Both the position numbers and the translations under genes were made by a program. A DNA stretch of 64,000 nt, taken from NCBI RefSeq assembly GCF_001447785.1, contig NW_015176014.1:1-64000 (forward strand). Direction: 5' to 3'. Origin of the DNA: Gekko japonicus (lineage: Eukaryota). Positions within the stretch are counted from its first letter, which is position 1, and each line of letters starts with the position of its first letter. Positions 1 through 12,090 of the stretch are shown here, piece after piece. The notes under the pieces are model-generated. The model was not told the DNA's origin and did not search any database. It saw only the letters and a program-made list of their open reading frames with translations.

Positions 1-202
1 CTTTACTAACAAAAACCAGAGGGACACTATTAACAGTTTTTTATTTTCTTAAAAGATAAAGATGAAAGACGATTGACAACTCGCAGAAAAAGCCAAAAGA
101 AGATTTGTGTATTACTAATACAAGATTAACATACTAATAATAAGATCACCCAAACTTTTCTTTATCCCACTATATACCTTCCCCTTTCTTATATGAAAAA
201 TA

Positions 203-583
203 ACTAACAGCCTCAGGGTGTAGAAAACACTGTTGCACAGGACTTGAAGCCTCCAAAAATTGTAATAAAATTAGCCATTTAAATTAAAAACGAAACCCCA
301 ATTTAAACTACACGATGCCGAGACCATAAGGATATAACCGCGTGTAACTCCAGAACGGGTCATCGCGATAGTGATTGAGTCTAGGCACCTGGTAATAATA
401 GAAGTTGGTATCATAGTTAGCCTGGCTGGTTGGGAAAGGGGCTGGTTGGAGCAGGGAAGGCCAGATGTAATGAGATACCCACCTTCTCAACTAAAGACCT
501 GGTAAACAGCTCCATTTTACATTACATTTTTGGAGGGTTTGAGTCCCAAGTAACAGCATTTTTTGCACCCTGAGGCTGTTAGT
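203..583. mobile_element. MITE-like inverted-repeat element
   Basis: ACTAACAGCCTCAGGGTG (203-220) is the exact reverse complement of 566-583; degenerate arms extend ~80 bp inward. Confidence 0.5.
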
Positions 584-675
584 CTTCAGCAGCATTTTCT
601 ATTCTTTGGTTACATTTTTTGAGATTGTAGTTCAATGTTAAGATTATTTTCTGTAACCTTAGGCTGATAGCCTTG

Positions 676-998
676 TAGGCTTGCCAAGTCCCCCCGGGGG
701 GCAGGGAAACCCCCACCCCAGAGGCCCGTTCTCCACTGCCCGCGGATCGGGCCCCGGGGGGAACCCCACCCCGACGTACGTGTCACCAGGAAGTGACGTG
801 ACGACGCCAGGCACACTGGGGGCGGGGCCATGACCATCGGAGGGAAAACTCTATGGTTTTCTCTCCAATGGTCGTGGCCCCGCCCCCAGCGTACCCGGCG
901 GCGTCACGTCACTTCTGGGTGATGTGCGTGCGGCACGCGCGCTCCAGTCGCTGCCCGGGAGTCCCCCGCTGCGACTGAGAAACGACTTGGCAACCCTA
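676..998. mobile_element. Non-autonomous hAT-type element with palindromic GC-rich core
   Basis: TIRs TAGGCTTGCCA / TGGCAACCCTA, 8-bp TSD TAGCCTTG (668-675, 999-1006), internal hairpin ~785-920. Confidence 0.8.
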
Positions 999-2629
999 TA
1001 GCCTTGTGTGTTGCAAATTTTGAAGTCTTTTGATTCATTGTAATTCTTTGATGCTACTTTCATTGTTAACATTGTTTATTGTATTCCATTTTCCCATAGG
1101 GGGCATATTCATTTGTTGTTTGCACTATTGTTAATTAGCATACTGCCAAGTTGGTAAATTAACATTGAGCACACAACACAGTACAAGGTTTTTATTTATT
1201 CGCTTTATTATATATTAAGTACTACACGAGGTAATATTACCAGCCTGCACACAAGGTGCTTTCTTGTCCTTTGCTTGCAATCTATACACCATGGTCTGAT
1301 TTTTCTTTTTCTGACCCATCTGGAGGCTGGTAACATATTCTGCAATCTTCATGCAGACTCTCAGTTCAGTTCAAAGGTACTCTTAGTATTTACAGATAGA
1401 AAGTCTACCCAAGTAAAGAAAAGCTCTAATGTATGTGGCAGGAAGCATTATTTATACCTTTTAAAAACAATTCTTATTGCTGCTTGATTTGCCTAACCTG
1501 ACATAATTTATTTATTATTATTATTTATTAATTTCAATTTATATCCCGCCTTGCCAGTGCAGCACTGGCTCAAGGTGGCTTACACAGTTAAAATGCAATA
1601 GAACCAACAAATTTATTCAGTTCTAATTTTTAGGTGATTTTGTTTCATTTCATCTTGATTGTATTTATTTATCTATCAGATTTATACCCCACCCTCCCAG
1701 CCAAAGCTTGTATAGTCTAGAATTTGTACAATGTTTTAATTGCTAATTGGAAACCACCTTGGGAGATCATTTCTTATTTAAGACTGCAGTGTAAATCTGT
1801 TAAATAAAGCTATTCCTATTGTGATGTTCCCTTTTGCTAGCAAAGCAGGAAGTTCCTGCACCTAGGTTCACACAGCAGAGGCAAGTGTGTTCAAAACAAC
1901 ATCCATTTATTAGCAAGAAAACAAGGGAGCGCATGCAGTCTACAACTGTAACAAAGAGAATTAAGGAGCAGAGATTCGACCACATGAGATTAAAGCAGCA
2001 CACACACATATCAGAGTAGGAAACATACTGTTCCATTGTAATATCTCCAATAAACACACCACTCCCACTGGAATGAAGTAGGTTTGTCAGAACATAAAAA
2101 TAATAACACAGCACATGCAGGTGAATTAGCTAAAAGAAAATTTACTAAAGCAATTAGGGGGTTACATGGAAGAATAAAACAATAAAAGAGTCTCTATCTA
2201 GCTACATCACTCTAGTAACTCCACTGGAAACAATGGTGGATGGCAGCAACGACCCCCTGGTGCAATCTTTTTGAAACTGGGCTCTACCTCAAAAAACAAC
2301 CCCCCCAACCCCAGATACCCCCAGATAAGTGGACTCTATAGCATTATACCCCCTCTCCAAATCCTGCCCTCCTCAGGCTCCATCTCCAAAATCTCCAGGT
2401 ATTTCCCAGCCTGGAGCTTGCAACCCTAATGGTGAAACATCTTTGCTGCGCTCCCACCCATCCTCAAACTCAACCCTTCACAAACTCCATCCACAAATCT
2501 CCAGGCAGTTTCCAAATCAGAGTTGGCCTAACCAGACCATTGAGCCTCCTCCATTTTTCAGTTATGTGAACACAGATTTAAATTATCCCCTGTATCTTCA
2601 GTTCTCTCTGTGGTCTATACATCCCTTTA

Positions 2630-3023
2630 TCGCGGTCTGCCCCCCCAAAAATGGCAGCCCCGTCAATGGCAGAGCGCGAGAGAGTCTGCATAGTTGATCG
2701 GACTTGAACCGGAAGACGTTCGTTAACAAAAAAGGGAGGCGAGGCGTACCCTTTAATGTTCGCGCTCCTATCTCGTCGCCAAGCGAACTCGCTGCGCAGA
2801 GCATGTCGGGAGCAGAGAATCGGGCGGTGCCTGTATTATCAAAGCCTTTCCCGCCAAGCCTCGGACGAGGCGGAGATTCTTTTGATTGGCCGTTTCTTGG
2901 CGCGGCCTTTTCTGATTGGACAAGTCTTCATTCTGGATTAAAGACAAGAACGGCGCGCGCGCTGAAAGTCAATGTAAGTGGTTCTGATCGGAGGAGGAAG
3001 CAGTAGTGGTTAGAATCGGAGTT
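2630..3023 (+). promoter_or_regulatory. TK1 CpG-rich cell-cycle promoter
   Basis: CpG-dense. E2F site TTTCCCGC at 2847-2854, two inverted CCAAT boxes (ATTGG at 2885 and 2915, 30 bp apart), ETS-like CCGGAAG at ~2710, YY1-like AAAATGGC at ~2648. Confidence 0.8.
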
Positions 3024-3089
3024 ATGAGTTGCTTGATGATGCCCGGAGTGCAACCAGGGTCTCCCTGCAAGGCCCGCGGTCAGATACAG
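3024..3089 (+). CDS. TK1: TK1 coding exon 1
   Basis: ATG at 3024, [22 protein letters not shown], donor CAG|GTAAG. Confidence 0.95.
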
Positions 3090-6000
3090 GTAAGCATGCT
3101 TGGTGCCGTTTCTAATATAATATGAATCTTTTCCACAGTTTGGCAAGAAGGGCTGCTGTTGTAAAGTTATGCTGCTGGAGCGGGAAGACAGGTCGTTTGG
3201 ATTTTGGGTGATGCTTCCAGGGCTCTTGGCCGCGTGTGCCCTGAAAAAGGGGATGGGAATAGGAGAGCAGGACTTGTGGATTCGGGAACTGAAAACCACT
3301 TTTATGTATTTAGCAAATTTATAGCCTGCCTCTGTTCTGAAAAGAACACCAACGGTGGTTTATATCATTCGCCTCTCCTCCATTATTGCCTCACAACAAC
3401 CCTGGGAAGTGAGTTAGGGTGACTGGCCCAAGGTCACCCAGCAAGCTTCCATGGCAGAGTCTCCCAGATAAGTCATAAATCAAAAGCAGTAATATCAATA
3501 GGTTAGTAATACTAGTTGGTCAGAATGGGTGTTAGTAAAGTTGGCCTGGAGAGGGGGCTGTGTAGAGAAGTTTGTGCTTTACCAAAATAGCTTAAGAACA
3601 TAGAAGAAAGCCTGAAAGTACTTCTTCACCCAAAGAGTGATTTAACACATGGAATTCACTGCCACAGGAAGTGGTGGCGGCTACAAGCATGGACGGCTTC
3701 AAAAGGGAATTAGATAAGCATATGGAGCAGAGGTCCATCAGTGGCTATTAGCCACAAGGTATAGTTAGGGACTTTGGGGCAAGTGATGCTCTGTCTTCTT
3801 GGTGCTTGGGGGGGTCAACAGTGGAAGGGCTGCTAATGTCCTGGCTCCACTGGTGGACCTCCTGATGGCACTGGTATTTCTGGCCACTGTGTGATACAGA
3901 GTGTTGGACTGGATGGGCCTTTGGCCTGATTCAACATTGGCATCTCTTATGTTCTTATGAATTGGACAAGAGTCAGTCTACACCACCATCATGTTTCCAG
4001 TAGAGTCCAACCAATTTGTAGTATGTTTGATAAAGATGCCTGACCTTATTTATCCTTTGTTCCTCCTCCACTTTAGGTTATCTTTGGACCCATGTTCTCT
4101 GGGAAAAGGTATGCAAAACAGCATTGTCCCAATTAGAATTAGTAGCCTTGAGGCTGGTATACCAGTATTCTCTACCTACAGCTTTAGTCGCACAGGGTGT
4201 GTGCACCTACCTGTGGCATATAGCCCTCTGTTTCCTCAGTGTTGTGCCTCTGTTTGTTTTCCAACTCTCCAATCAAAACTATACCAAGGAGGGGAGGAAT
4301 TGCATATGTATTGTAGCATGCCTCAGAAGGACTCTGCATTATACTATGGGTCTGAACTGTAGCAGTTCCTAACTAGTTTTATTACTCCATTGAAGGTATA
4401 GTATAGGCTTTCCTATGAGCCTGTCTCCCTCCTTTCCTGTTGGGGTGGTGAGTGAATCCAATGGGACAGGGGAGGGTACAGTCAATTCACTGTTTCATTA
4501 CTTTTGTCTTCACCCAGCTGATTGCATCCAAGCTTATATTGCCATCTTGTGTTCACAGGGGGGGAAAGGCAGTATTTACAGGCAAGTCTTCTGGGTATCA
4601 TTTCCCACTTTTTCTTTGCAGCACTGAACTCATGCGCCGGGTCCGTCGTTTTCAAATTGCACAGTACAAATGTCTGCTGATCAAGTATGCCAAGGATACA
4701 CGCTACTCTGCCAGTGGGGTCTCCACACATGACAGGTAAATTGCTTCAAATGCTGCCCTTTGGCTAGTGGGGAAAAGGGCAGTTTGTCTACAACAACAAA
4801 ATCCTGATATGGAATCTGGAGAAAGCAGAAATCATAACTTTGGGGCAAGGCTTATATGTGTACTTTGCGTGTGTTTGATTGTACCAGAGTGATCAGGGCT
4901 CCAGTGTTATTGATACGTGTGTCATTTTGATGGCTAACCAAGCACAATAAAGAACATTAGACAAGCACATAAATATTTTATTTATTGCACTAATACAAAA
5001 TACTCAGGCTGCAGTCTTATAAACATTTTCCGAGAACTAAGTCTTATTGAGCTCCCTAGGAGTATGTCTTGTTGAGCTCAGTGGGAGCTACTTCTGCAAG
5101 ATGAGCTCAAACCGAAGAAAAACAATAAGGCAAAAAGGACAACCTGATCTATGATACCCTCATCTTATGTTTTTCATTATGAACTCCATTATCATAATGT
5201 AGGTAGGGTACTGTCTTTGTCCACTCTTCTGCAGTTAATTTCTGTGGCATGCATATTCTAGACTGCCTGACACATGAGCACAGACAAGCAGTGTTGTAGA
5301 TATAATAACCAGTAATTAGTACCTATTGTTTTGAAGCATGGGGAACTACTAGGCTGATGCGGTAAAAACTTAAGCTCTAGTTGACAATCAAGTGCTCGAC
5401 TGTCTGCAGTGACACCACTACAAGGAGGGCGTAGTTCCTCCTGTGGCATAAATTGATCCTATGTGATGTGATAAAAGACTCTTCTCACCACCCAGGACAT
5501 GTCCTTGTGCAGGTGAAATGAAATAAATTTTGGGATCCCCAGAGTTTCCTTTTGCTAATATGCTTTCCTCAACATGGTGAACCCCTCAGCAACCCCCAAC
5601 TTCTGTTGCTATAAAATATCAATACATATGATGGGTATTTATGTGCAGAAAATTGCAGAGGCAGATTATTTCTCAGATCTATGCATTTTTATCCTTCCCT
5701 TCCTCCAAAGGACAAGGCAAGGCACATGGTTCTCTGGTCCTCCATTATCCTCACAACAGTCCCGTGGAGCAGAGCTGAGAGAAAATCCTCACAGTCCCTT
5801 AGCTTCATGATGGAGTGAGAATTTGACTTGGGGAGTCCCCAGTCTTAATCCAACAGCCTAACAATGACACCATACTGGCTTCTCCTTTTTATTTTTATAA
5901 ATATACAAAACAAACATTTTACTGTATTTGAAGCTGTACACAGTAGCCCAGTTCCCAAGTGTTTGTGAGGGCATGTATAATCTACGTACAGTGTGCACTT

Positions 6001-9000
6001 AATTGTTCTTTATATAGGAGTTGAGTAATTCTCCTGGTACATTCATTGCATGTACAGCTTAAACACCACATATACCCAGGTACTGGTCTCTACTTTGATT
6101 TGTAGAATGAACGTTCATTGGCTCTTTCTTACAAACAGATGTACACATGTTCACTATAACATGTGAACAGGTGTTGTATTATTGTTTCAGTACATAAGAT
6201 TTCTTGTGATTCTGCCCTGTCCCAACTCCTAAACCAGCTTTCTCAAAGCTAGATTGCATTTGTGTGACAGTTCTCCAGATATACCGTGTTTCCCCGAAAA
6301 TAAGACACTGTCTTATATTTATATTTTTTCTCAAGAAGACACACTAGGGCTTTTACCACAAATGCATAGAAATCCTGCTAGGGCTTATTTTTTGGGTAGG
6401 TCTTATTTTTGGGGAAACAGGGTAAACTGAAAACCTGGCACAGAGCCATTCTGATGTTACAAACGTTTCTTTTTCTGGACAGGAATACCATGGAGGCCCT
6501 GTCAGCTTGTTACCTCAAAGATGTGCATCAAGAGGCCCTCAACTCTGCAGTGATTGGCATCGATGAGGGCCAGTTTGTAAGTTCTTCGTATTAATTTGTC
6601 TTCGGTTCTCTAGTCAAACTTTGCTAATTTTGTTTTGATGTAGTATGGGGCTCTTCATGAAAGTAATTAATAAAAGAATATGGACCATTATCCTTGAATA
6701 TGAAACACTTGTCCTGTTCCAAGGATATTTCCATTACTGTATGTCTTTCTAACACCCAAGCTGCTGCAAGTAGGTTGATGGTAGTGAGAAGGTTCAACTA
6801 GCAGTTAACTGACTTAGCAGAGCAACATACTGATGTGAGACTAAAATAGCCATTAATTAAACAGCATGTAGAAGATGGTTATACAGAAAGTAGACTACGG
6901 ACACACTATTAGTCGATTTTTGGTAGACGCACATTATGGTTGGTGGTATTTTTGCAAAGAATAGACTAGTGGACTTCTGTCTCATCTAGCAAGATACATA
7001 CGTTTATAAGCATATATATAATGGGTCACTTAACACATCAGGGGACTTAAGTCAAGGGTCCCCAAACTTTTTGAGCCTGCAGGCACCTTTTGAATTTTGA
7101 GAAGTGGTTAAGCACCACCCCAAAATGGTTGCCTCAGGAGGCAGACCCAAGCACAATACTTCCCTTGCTTTGCTAAAGAATAGCAGAAGGGGAATAAAAG
7201 AAGTGAAGGAAAACCCAAGGCGGAACTGAACCAGTTTACCAGACAGCTGTTTCTTTCCCCCAGCAGTGGCTCTTTGAGCCTTACCTAACTTTGTTGCAAT
7301 TCTATACAACAAAAGCAAACATCTGCTTACAAATGCAGCAATATCGAATTAACCTGTCCTATCCTGCTGTATCAAATTGCATCCTCGGGGGAGGCAGGTA
7401 TGCTACTATTTGCAGTGTTTTGAGTAACAGAAAGTTATCCATGGGTAGTACTGGATCTGTTATGCAACTGCTGACCTATGTCAAATTTTCCATTAGTTTT
7501 ATTTATTTATTCAATTTATACCCTGCCCTCCCTGCCAAGGCAGGCTCAGGGCAGCTTACATAAAAAGTCCATCATAAAAACAACCAAAACCCATAAACAA
7601 ATTAGTTATCCTAAAGTGCTAGAACAATATTCAGATAAAGTGCGAGAGCAGAGAATTTCAAATTTAAACAATACTCCATAGGTGGCAATAATGATGGTGT
7701 TCCTGCGCCAGCTCCGTTGATCTACTTATATATATGCAGCATTGGTGGGCTGAAGATGGTGAGGCAAGGGCACAGGGACATTCCTCGGTGTACGATGCAG
7801 CTCCTTAGTCAAATGCCTGGTGGAAGAGCTCCATCTTGCAGGCCCTGCGAAACTCTAAGAGGTCCTGATCTCTTCCGGGAGCTCATTCCACCAGTATGGA
7901 GCCACCACCGAGAAGGCCCTGGTTGTCGCCAACCTGGCATCTTTGGAACCTTAAAGGGCCAACCGGTTTTGGGTCCCTGAACGCAATGTTCTCTGGGAAA
8001 CATATGGGGAAAGGCAGGCCCTTAGGTATGCCAGTCCCTGACCATAAAGGACTTTAAAGGTCAAAACTAGCACCTTGAAGCAAATCTGGTATTTTTATGG
8101 GTTGGGGAGCTCTTCAGGGCCCCAGCATGAAAGATAGAAGAATAGGGAAAATTAAACAGGTTTGATAGGCTTCAGACAAAGAGTATCATATGAACTCTTC
8201 TGGACATTCCCTGTCTTACATAGGGCTTAGATCCTATAACTGCTTTCCACATGTGCTTTGCTCGGGCCACATTGTAGCTCACTTCCTCTGCAACTAGCAC
8301 TTTTGTTTGCACAACTGTCCATTGAAAATCATTGAGTAAATTGATGTTCTGGTGGCAGAGGGAGTGAGCTACCATGGCCAGAGTGAAATGCATACTGAAT
8401 GCAGTTATAGGGTTCAAGCCCATGTTTTTCTCCACATATGCCATCCAGAAAAAGAGGGAGTCATCTTAAATTACCATACAAGCTAGTTATGTACATTAAT
8501 GAACGTTAGGGGAATCCTCTTACATTGAAGGTTGTCTTCCGTTTGGGTAAATACATTCCTCCTAACACAAGTAGAAAGTAATGCAGTGCTATGGGCTACA
8601 TTCTGAGGAACTTGTATGGTCTGCAGAGGTTTATTTTCCCCTCTTATTTTCACAGTTTCCCGATATTGTAGAGTTCTGTGAGGCAATGGCCAATGCAGGG
8701 AAGACAGTCATCATTGCAGCCCTGGATGGGACCTTCCAGAGGAGGGTAAACTGACAAACCTTTACTCTCTCCTTGTGGCTTTTGACTTGTTTGTGTCCTT
8801 TAGATATGATATACCTGGCTCTCACACTGTAGGCCTTTGGGAACATCTTGCAGCTGGTCCCCTTGGCAGAGAGTGTGGTGAAACTGAATGCGGTCTGTAT
8901 GGAGTGTTATCGTGAAGCCTCTTACACAAAGAGGCTGGGAACAGAAAAAGAGGTAAGGCTATGTCCCTTAGAAGGATTCTCATCTGTGACAGAAGTACAG

Positions 9001-9705
9001 GCTATAGACTAACTGAAGAATGTTGCTTTTTTTGTAACTGGAAAGGAATTTGTTTTACTTATTTTATTGGACTTCTAGGCCACCCAAAATTAAAACAATA
9101 CCATAGATTAGTTGTTAAAAACAATTATCAAAGTAATAAATTAGAATAAAATCAGATGGCAGTATATGCAACAAAATAGCATAAAATTATCCAGTGTGAG
9201 CTTGTACAAACTGTGTGTTAGTGAAACTGGTTCAATGACAATGAATGGCGGGAGAGGGGGCTGGGGAGGCCAATTCAAATGGAAAACTTTGCTGCCTCAA
9301 CCGTGGGCCTGGCAAAACATTTCTGTCTTACAGGCCCTGTGGAACAGCATCAAATTCCGCAGGGCCTGGATCTCATCTAGAAGAACATTCCACCACGCTG
9401 GGGCCAGAACCAACAAGGCTCTGGCCTGGGTTGAGGCTAGATGAATGGCCAGGGTCCACCAGAGGTTATTGTCCATACAGCACAATGCTCTTTGAGTCCT
9501 TCTTTTGTCCAACCAGGTGGAAGTGATTGGAGGAGCAGATAAGTATCATTCAGTCTGCCGTGTCTGTTACTTCAAGAAGCGATCACACCAGCCAGTGCCT
9601 GAGAACAAAGAGAACCTACCAGGAGGAAGCAAAGCATCGGAGATCTCTGCAGCCAGGAAGGTCTTAGCTGCCTGTCAGATCAAGCAGTGGAGCCCATCAA
9701 AGTGA
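3024..9705 (+). CDS. TK1: Thymidine kinase 1, spliced CDS (7 exons, 705 nt, 234 aa)
   Basis: Exons 3024-3089, 4077-4108, 4622-4735, 6483-6576, 8656-8745, 8833-8952 and 9517-9705; all introns GT-AG with consistent phases. Motifs: P-loop GPMFSGKS, IDEGQF, Zn ligands CMEC/CRVC, N-terminal S13-P CDK site, C-terminal KEN box. Confidence 0.98.
3621..3960 (+). mobile_element. CR1-type LINE 3' fragment
   Basis: Encodes [25 protein letters not shown], typical of the CR1 ORF2 end; TTCTTATG-type tail. Confidence 0.75.
4077..4108 (+). CDS. TK1: TK1 exon 2
   Basis: [10 protein letters not shown](S), 32 nt, tttag|...AG|gt. Confidence 0.96.
4622..4735 (+). CDS. TK1: TK1 exon 3
   Basis: [38 protein letters not shown]. 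Confidence 0.97.
6284..6422. mobile_element. Tc1/mariner (pogo/Tigger-like) MITE
   Basis: 23-bp imperfect TIRs CCGTGTTTCCCCGAAAATAAGAC; TA TSD on both sides. Confidence 0.8.
6483..6576 (+). CDS. TK1: TK1 exon 4
   Basis: [31 protein letters not shown]. Confidence 0.97.
7495..8090 (-). mobile_element. L2-type LINE 3' fragment
   Basis: (TAAA)n tail and L2-like 3' end; a related fragment lies at ~9240-9440. Confidence 0.6.
8656..8745 (+). CDS. TK1: TK1 exon 5
   Basis: [30 protein letters not shown]. Confidence 0.97.
8833..8952 (+). CDS. TK1: TK1 exon 6
   Basis: [40 protein letters not shown], after an 87-nt intron. Confidence 0.97.
9517..9705 (+). CDS. TK1: TK1 last coding exon
   Basis: [21 protein letters not shown]...NKENL...WSPSK*. 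Confidence 0.97.
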   Translation: MEVIGGADKYHSVCRVCYFKKRSHQPVPENKENLPGGSKASEISAARKVLAACQIKQWSPSK

Positions 9706-11892
9706 ACGGGGGAAAGGAAGACTGTCTGCTCAGTGGATTTGCCTCACAGGATTAATAGTGAGACACTAGAAACAGAGAGCAGTTGCTGCAGGGGAAAATG
9801 CAGGAGCACAATGCAGCATGCTATCACGTTTTTCCTTATTTAAGCAAAAGATCCCTTTAGTACCCTGCTGTCTGAGGAACATTTCCCTATGATGCCGTCT
9901 TTCCTTCTGGTGTAAAACTTGCCTGCTGTTTTTACTCACTTTAGGGTTTAACTGCCCAACAGTCTGGGCTGGCTAAGCTCACTAGCAGAACCTGTTTTAT
10001 AGTAAGAACAGGACATTAATTATACCCTGCCACTCTATAGCCTCTGGCATTCCTCTTCATCAAGACAGTTTTTTTAAAAAAAACCTAACCCTTTTCTCCA
10101 GTATGGAATGATTTATGCTTGACAGTTTGCTTAACTCCTTATGGAGTTATTTGTTGACTTTGTCCATGCATCTCACTGTACTTCAAGCTGGCCAATATGG
10201 GAAGGTGGTTCTTCTGTTCTGTGATAAGAGTGATTCAGAGTGCAGTCCTGTACAAAGCCCTTTGATTTCAATGGGCATTGACTGGAGTAGCTATGCATTT
10301 ACATATGATACAGATTTGGCTTGAAAGTTCTGCCTTTTAATTTATTATCTGATACTGCAGTGTTAGTGTCAGTTGCCCTTTATAATGGCTATTCTTTCAC
10401 TTGCCTACTATATCTTATCTTGGAGACAAACAGCTGGGGGACTTTGCACCTGCTTTAAGTGACACTTTTGCACTTAATCATATGCTTCTACTAGGAAAAT
10501 TCTTCTCTAGTAGTAACTCTATGATCTGATCTTCAAGTTATTAAATAATTTGGTAGATACTGAATGCATTCCTGGTATATGTACTTTGATATTTTGTTCT
10601 TTTCTAGAAATTAGATGTATATTTCTTATAAAGTGTGACTGAACTGCTGAAAGGAGGGCCTTGGAAGCTTCCAAGAGTCAGTTGAAGGGTATTAATATTT
10701 GGGCCCTTTCTGGTCTGGTAGCTGTTTTCCTACTGAAGCTATACTAGATTTAAAGGAAAAAATAAAAGCAGAATACATTGAGAGTCTATTCTGAAAACAA
10801 AGTAGACAAGTGTTATACTTGTCATGGTAACTTCTGGGGCCTCAAAATATGTTCCCAATAAACACAATTTATCCGTAACGATATTGCCACATGTAAGGGG
10901 GCACATGATCTCACTAATCATTGTGAAGACAAATCAAAAGTCAAGTGGTAGAAATGAAAAAATTTATTTCCAGGTGCTCAATACATCTGAACCCTCTTCC
11001 AACTTGTGGGCCTCTTGCTACCACAGAATAATTGTTCTATACCACGTACAATTGGGAAATAAATAGACACAACCTGCTTGCAGAGATAGTGTGAGGAAGA
11101 AGACCACGGCTCTTCCTGTAAGCCTTGTTTATCCAGGCAGAGTTGCACTGAAAGCTTGAAGTTATTTCTCCATCTCAGAGTAGGATCAGAGTCCTACCAT
11201 CTCATAATACATGTGCACTGCAGCTCATGGTCTGAAAACCCTAATCCAGAGAGGAGCTTGATTGCCTGTTGAACAGGCAAACTATACAGCAGTTAACATC
11301 TTTCCCTCATACTGCAGTAGTTAAATCCAAATCTTTATACAGAAATGGTTTTATAAAACCAAAAAAGGCCTGTAGACCTAGGCTTTGGCATCATCCACCC
11401 AATGGTACTGAAAAGCAGAACTAGGAACATCCAGTCCAGTCTAGAACAGCAGCACCATAGAGCCATAGGGATTGGACCCCTACATAGGAGCTGTGCATAC
11501 GGTAAAAAACAGGCTATCTAGGCAGTGGCATAATGGCACTTCTGGGAAAAGAGTATCATTTAACTAGGAACATCAAGGGCACCCATCTCTTAGCTACAAC
11601 AAAGAGGTCTGATGCCAGCTCTTGATTCCACTGCATTGATTCAGCAATTGTTATGACTTATAATTCACACACAGGCTTAAAGAATACTGCCCATAGCTGA
11701 AAGGAACATAAAGCCTGTTCTTTAAAAGAAGCCACCTTCAGAAAGGGCAGAGGAGAGTAGGAATATCCCAGAACCCATCACACACAAAATTGTGGCACCC
11801 TTGCCACTTTAACAGTGGATTCCCCAACCAAGCAGTGAATCAATTGCATTTATATGGCTATCCCTGCTAGCTGCTTTAACATTGGTAGCAAA

Positions 11893-12090
11893 TCAGTACA
11901 CAGGTGGAGGCTGGTAGCCCTCTGAGTCCTCTCTCGTGTGAGTGAAGGGTGGCTGCTGGTAGCTTTCATGGCTGACGTTTGGATAGCTTGAGTAGGGGGT
12001 TGCGGGATCTGGAGCAGGGTCAATGTAACTCTGAGCAAAATCCTGCACACCCATGCGGTAGCGTTGAAGTGCAAAAGTGATCAGGAGCCC
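11893..12090 (-). CDS. SYNGR2: SYNGR2 last coding exon
   Basis: GLLITFALQRYRMGVQDFAQSYIDP...YQPPPVY*. Confidence 0.97.
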   Translation of the reverse strand, partial: GLLITFALQRYRMGVQDFAQSYIDPAPDPATPYSSYPNVSHESYQQPPFTHTREDSEGYQPPPVY

